40,634 nucleotides of DNA. Source: an uncultured Clostridia bacterium (GTDB taxonomy: Bacteria; Bacillota; Clostridia; Christensenellales; UBA1242). The translations under genes were made by a program, and so were the position numbers. Location: the NCBI GenBank assembly GCA_944349615.1, contig CALVNK010000003.1:1-40634 (forward strand), read 5' to 3'. Below are positions 37,702 through 40,634 of this stretch, piece after piece (positions within the stretch are counted from its first letter, which is position 1; every line of letters begins with the position of its first letter). Under the pieces are notes generated by a model. The model was not told the DNA's origin, ran no database searches, and saw only the letters and a list, made by a program, of their open reading frames with translations.

Positions 37702-39669
37702 ATGGACGAGAAAGAAAGCAAGATCAAACTTATGCAAGAACTTATCAGCGAGATTGATAAGCACAACTATAATTATTATGTTTTAGACAATCCTACCATA
37801 TCGGACAGCGAGTATGATAAACTTTATTACAGCCTTGTCGATCTTGAAAAAGAAACAGGTATTATTTTGCCAAACTCTCCAACTCAAAGGGTTGGTGGAG
37901 ATGTGCTTGATAAGTTTGAAAAGAAAAGACATGTTGTGCCACTATATTCGCTAAGCAAGGTACGCGATTTTGATGATCTTACTAAGTGGGTGCATGATAT
38001 GCTTAAATTAAGTCCACATACAAAGTTTGCGCTTGAATATAAATTTGATGGACTGCAGGTGGTGGTTGAATATGACAATGGCAATTTTGTGAGTGCGACT
38101 ACTCGCGGAAATGGTACGATAGGCGAAGATGTTTCCTTGCAAGTCAAGACTATCAAATCTGTGCCACTTACAATTGCCTACAAAGGCAGGTTGATTGTGC
38201 AAGGCGAATGCATGATGACAAACAAAAACTTTGAAATTTATAATAGGACTGCCCAAGAAAAACTGAAAAATCCTAGAAATGCGGCAGCGGGTGCTGTAAG
38301 AAATTTAGATCCAAAGCAGACTGCAAAACGCAACCTTGACTATTTCTGCTACAGCATTTTGTATTGTCCTGAAAGGCATTTTGATACGCAGGAAGAAATG
38401 CATGAGTTTTTACAGCAAAACGGCTTTCAAACAGGGGAATATTTTAAAATATGCAAGGATGAAAGTGAACTTGTTGCAGAAATTGAAAAGGTTGATAAGA
38501 TAAAATCTGGCCTAGATGTCATGATAGACGGAATGGTCATTAAAATAAATGATACAAAATACAGAGATGAAATCGGCTTTACTGCAAAATTTCCTAGATG
38601 GGCAATGGCATATAAATTTGCAACGACTGAAGCGACAACTCTCTTAAAAAGTGTCACATGGCAGGTTGGTCGAAGTGGCAGAGTGACTCCTATTGCAAAT
38701 TTAGAGCCTGTCGAACTTGCCGGTGCGACCATCAGACGCGCAACGCTTAACAATATCGACGATATACGCAAAAAAGATATATATGAAAATGCCATGGTCT
38801 TCATAAGAAGAAGCAATGAAGTTATTCCAGAAATCATGGGACTTGCATCAAAAAACGAGAACTCAAGAAAAATTGAAATTCCATCTCGCTGTCCTTCTTG
38901 TAACAGTCTTTTGGTGCAAAAAGGTCCACTCCTTTTCTGCGAAAATCACTATGGCTGTCGCGAGCAAATTATAGATAGATTATCTCACTTTTGCAGTAGA
39001 AATGCATTCAATATTGAAGGTGTTTCTGAAAAATCGATAGAGGCATTTTATGAAAATCTAGAGGTAACTAAAGCAAGCGATCTATTCTTGCTCAAAGAAG
39101 AAGATCTATTAAAACTTGAAGGTTTTAAAGAAAAAAAGGCAAAAAATATGATAAATTCAATAGAAAACAGCAAAATTATTGAATTAAATCGCTTTTTGTT
39201 TGCTCTCGGCATCATTGAAGTTGGCAGTAAAACTGCTCGTGATATAGCAAGTCATTTTAAAACACTTACTGGTATTAAGAACGCAAGTTTAGAAAGCCTT
39301 GCCGAGATTGAAGATGTCGGAAACATAATCGCTCAAAACATATTTGATTTCTTCCGCGATCAAGAAAATTTGCAGGAAATAGACAGGCTGTTTAAATTAG
39401 GTGTCAAAATAAAAGAGGTTGAAATGGATCAAAAGAGCGATGTTTTAAAGGGAAAGACCATAGTAATAACAGGCACATTATCAAGACCAAGGGCGGACTT
39501 TGAGAGAATGATTGAAACGCACGGCGGAAAATCAAGCAGTAGTGTATCGGCAAAGACCGATTTCCTATTGCTCGGCGAAAATGCAGGCTCAAAACTTGAA
39601 AAGGCGAAATCTCTAGGAGTCAAAATCCTATCTGAACAAGATTTTTTAAAACTTTTAGATGAAAGTTAA
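37702..39669 (+). CDS. ligA: NAD-dependent DNA ligase
   Basis: EYKFDG adenylation motif, NPRNAAAG, PRWAMAYKF, C4 zinc finger, BRCT domain. Confidence 0.97.
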   Translation: MDEKESKIKLMQELISEIDKHNYNYYVLDNPTISDSEYDKLYYSLVDLEKETGIILPNSPTQRVGGDVLDKFEKKRHVVPLYSLSKVRDFDDLTKWVHDMLKLSPHTKFALEYKFDGLQVVVEYDNGNFVSATTRGNGTIGEDVSLQVKTIKSVPLTIAYKGRLIVQGECMMTNKNFEIYNRTAQEKLKNPRNAAAGAVRNLDPKQTAKRNLDYFCYSILYCPERHFDTQEEMHEFLQQNGFQTGEYFKICKDESELVAEIEKVDKIKSGLDVMIDGMVIKINDTKYRDEIGFTAKFPRWAMAYKFATTEATTLLKSVTWQVGRSGRVTPIANLEPVELAGATIRRATLNNIDDIRKKDIYENAMVFIRRSNEVIPEIMGLASKNENSRKIEIPSRCPSCNSLLVQKGPLLFCENHYGCREQIIDRLSHFCSRNAFNIEGVSEKSIEAFYENLEVTKASDLFLLKEEDLLKLEGFKEKKAKNMINSIENSKIIELNRFLFALGIIEVGSKTARDIASHFKTLTGIKNASLESLAEIEDVGNIIAQNIFDFFRDQENLQEIDRLFKLGVKIKEVEMDQKSDVLKGKTIVITGTLSRPRADFERMIETHGGKSSSSVSAKTDFLLLGENAGSKLEKAKSLGVKILSEQDFLKLLDES

Positions 39670-39725
39670 ATTTTATTAAAGGCTACAAGCTATCTTTATA
39701 TAAAGAATCTTAACTAAATCGTGAC

Positions 39726-39754
39726 TTGACAAATTTACATTAACATGATAGTAT
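39726..39754 (+). promoter_or_regulatory. Sigma-A promoter
   Basis: TTGACA, 17 bp, TAGTAT with a TG extension. Confidence 0.6.
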
Positions 39755-39773
39755 ATACGAAGAGGAACTTGTT

Positions 39774-40283
39774 ATGAAAAAGAAAAATGATTTGAATATT
39801 GATCAAAAAATGCTAGCAGATGCTCTTATTAGTGGAGACTGGAATGCTGTTGCAATTGAAATTTTAGAAAAATCTAGAGATGATATGATCTATAAGTATA
39901 TTTTGTTTAACAAAAAGAAAAAACTGATGGAGTTTTTAAGTAGCGGTTTGGGCATTTTAAAATTTATGGGACTTAAGGCTTTGTTAATGCCACAGAATAT
40001 CTTTGGTATAGATGAAACAACTTATCGTCTTGTTGGTGCTATAACGCAAATTACAAGCATGACTGGTCAGTATTTGATAAATCAATGGATTGCAAAAAAT
40101 GATATTCCAGAAGGCAAACTAAAACTTATTATTGATAAGTTGAACAGTATAATACACGACAGAATAGGCGAAGAGATTTTTCCACAGCTTAAGCAAAAAC
40201 AGGACTTAGATCAAATTTTGCAAAGTGTAGAAGATGAACTTTCTAAAATAGATTTACCAGAAGGAGATAGAGATATAGATTAA
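39774..40283 (+). CDS. Hypothetical protein
   Basis: 169-aa ORF with its own promoter, GAGGA SD and a downstream terminator. Confidence 0.7.
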   Translation: MKKKNDLNIDQKMLADALISGDWNAVAIEILEKSRDDMIYKYILFNKKKKLMEFLSSGLGILKFMGLKALLMPQNIFGIDETTYRLVGAITQITSMTGQYLINQWIAKNDIPEGKLKLIIDKLNSIIHDRIGEEIFPQLKQKQDLDQILQSVEDELSKIDLPEGDRDID

Positions 40284-40320
40284 TATGTCTATGGTAAAAA
40301 TTTTATCTATAAAAATAAGA

Positions 40321-40360
40321 GACTGATGTTGAATTAATTTAAAATCACATCAGTTTTTTT
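40321..40360 (+). terminator. Rho-independent terminator
   Basis: ACTGATGT...ACATCAGT stem followed by a T run. Confidence 0.65.
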
Positions 40361-40451
40361 ATAGTTTTTTCAAAATAGTAAAATTGATGCAAAAGAATAT
40401 CAATGCTGTTCTTTGTCAATCTCTAGTATTTTTGAAAATAAGTGAAAACAT

Positions 40452-40479
40452 TTGACAATTTGTAGTGGACATGTATAAT
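40452..40479 (+). promoter_or_regulatory. Sigma-A promoter for a gene beyond the window
   Basis: TTGACA (40452-40457), 16 bp, TATAAT (40474-40479). Confidence 0.6.
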
Positions 40480-40634
40480 AGGTATTGAAGATTAGATAAT
40501 ATATATAAAACAAATACTATGCTTAATTCGTGAGAGGATGACCTGCAAGAAACACGCCGACAAGGGAAAGGAGCTAAATTTTTTACATAGCAAATTTTGT
40601 CTTTTCGATATAAGCGCTTGGCAAAACATTTAAA

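Overview
AT-rich chromosomal window from a spore-forming Clostridia-like Firmicute (spoIVA with a sigma-E-type promoter, CIRCE/hrcA). The housekeeping backbone is: the 3' part of a large B-repeat surface protein, CIRCE-hrcA-grpE-dnaK-(frameshifted isochorismatase-family gene)-dnaJ, rsmE, a Cys/Pro-rich small protein, a YkvI-like membrane protein, an ABC ATPase/permease pair, three lipoproteins, comEC-holA, der-plsY-(PHP gene)-spoIVA and pcrA-ligA. The most striking element is a compact, apparently intact ~8 kb operon (11192-19246) with its own sigma-A-type promoter. It encodes a short terminase-small-subunit-like protein, a Zn finger, and portal-, scaffold-, major capsid-, adaptor- and nozzle-like proteins plus two holins. 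No integrase, repressor, replication gene, large terminase or endolysin is recognisable, making it a candidate domesticated capsid / gene-transfer-agent-like system. Non-coding oddities include a 251-bp MITE-like element at the capsid terminator, a 94-nt GC-rich cloverleaf upstream of comEC, and a ~0.8 kb degenerate repeat array with five ATAGTTAT-N6-ATAACTA(T/A) palindromes. Several genes look leaderless. All protein family calls come from motif recognition by eye, not database searches.
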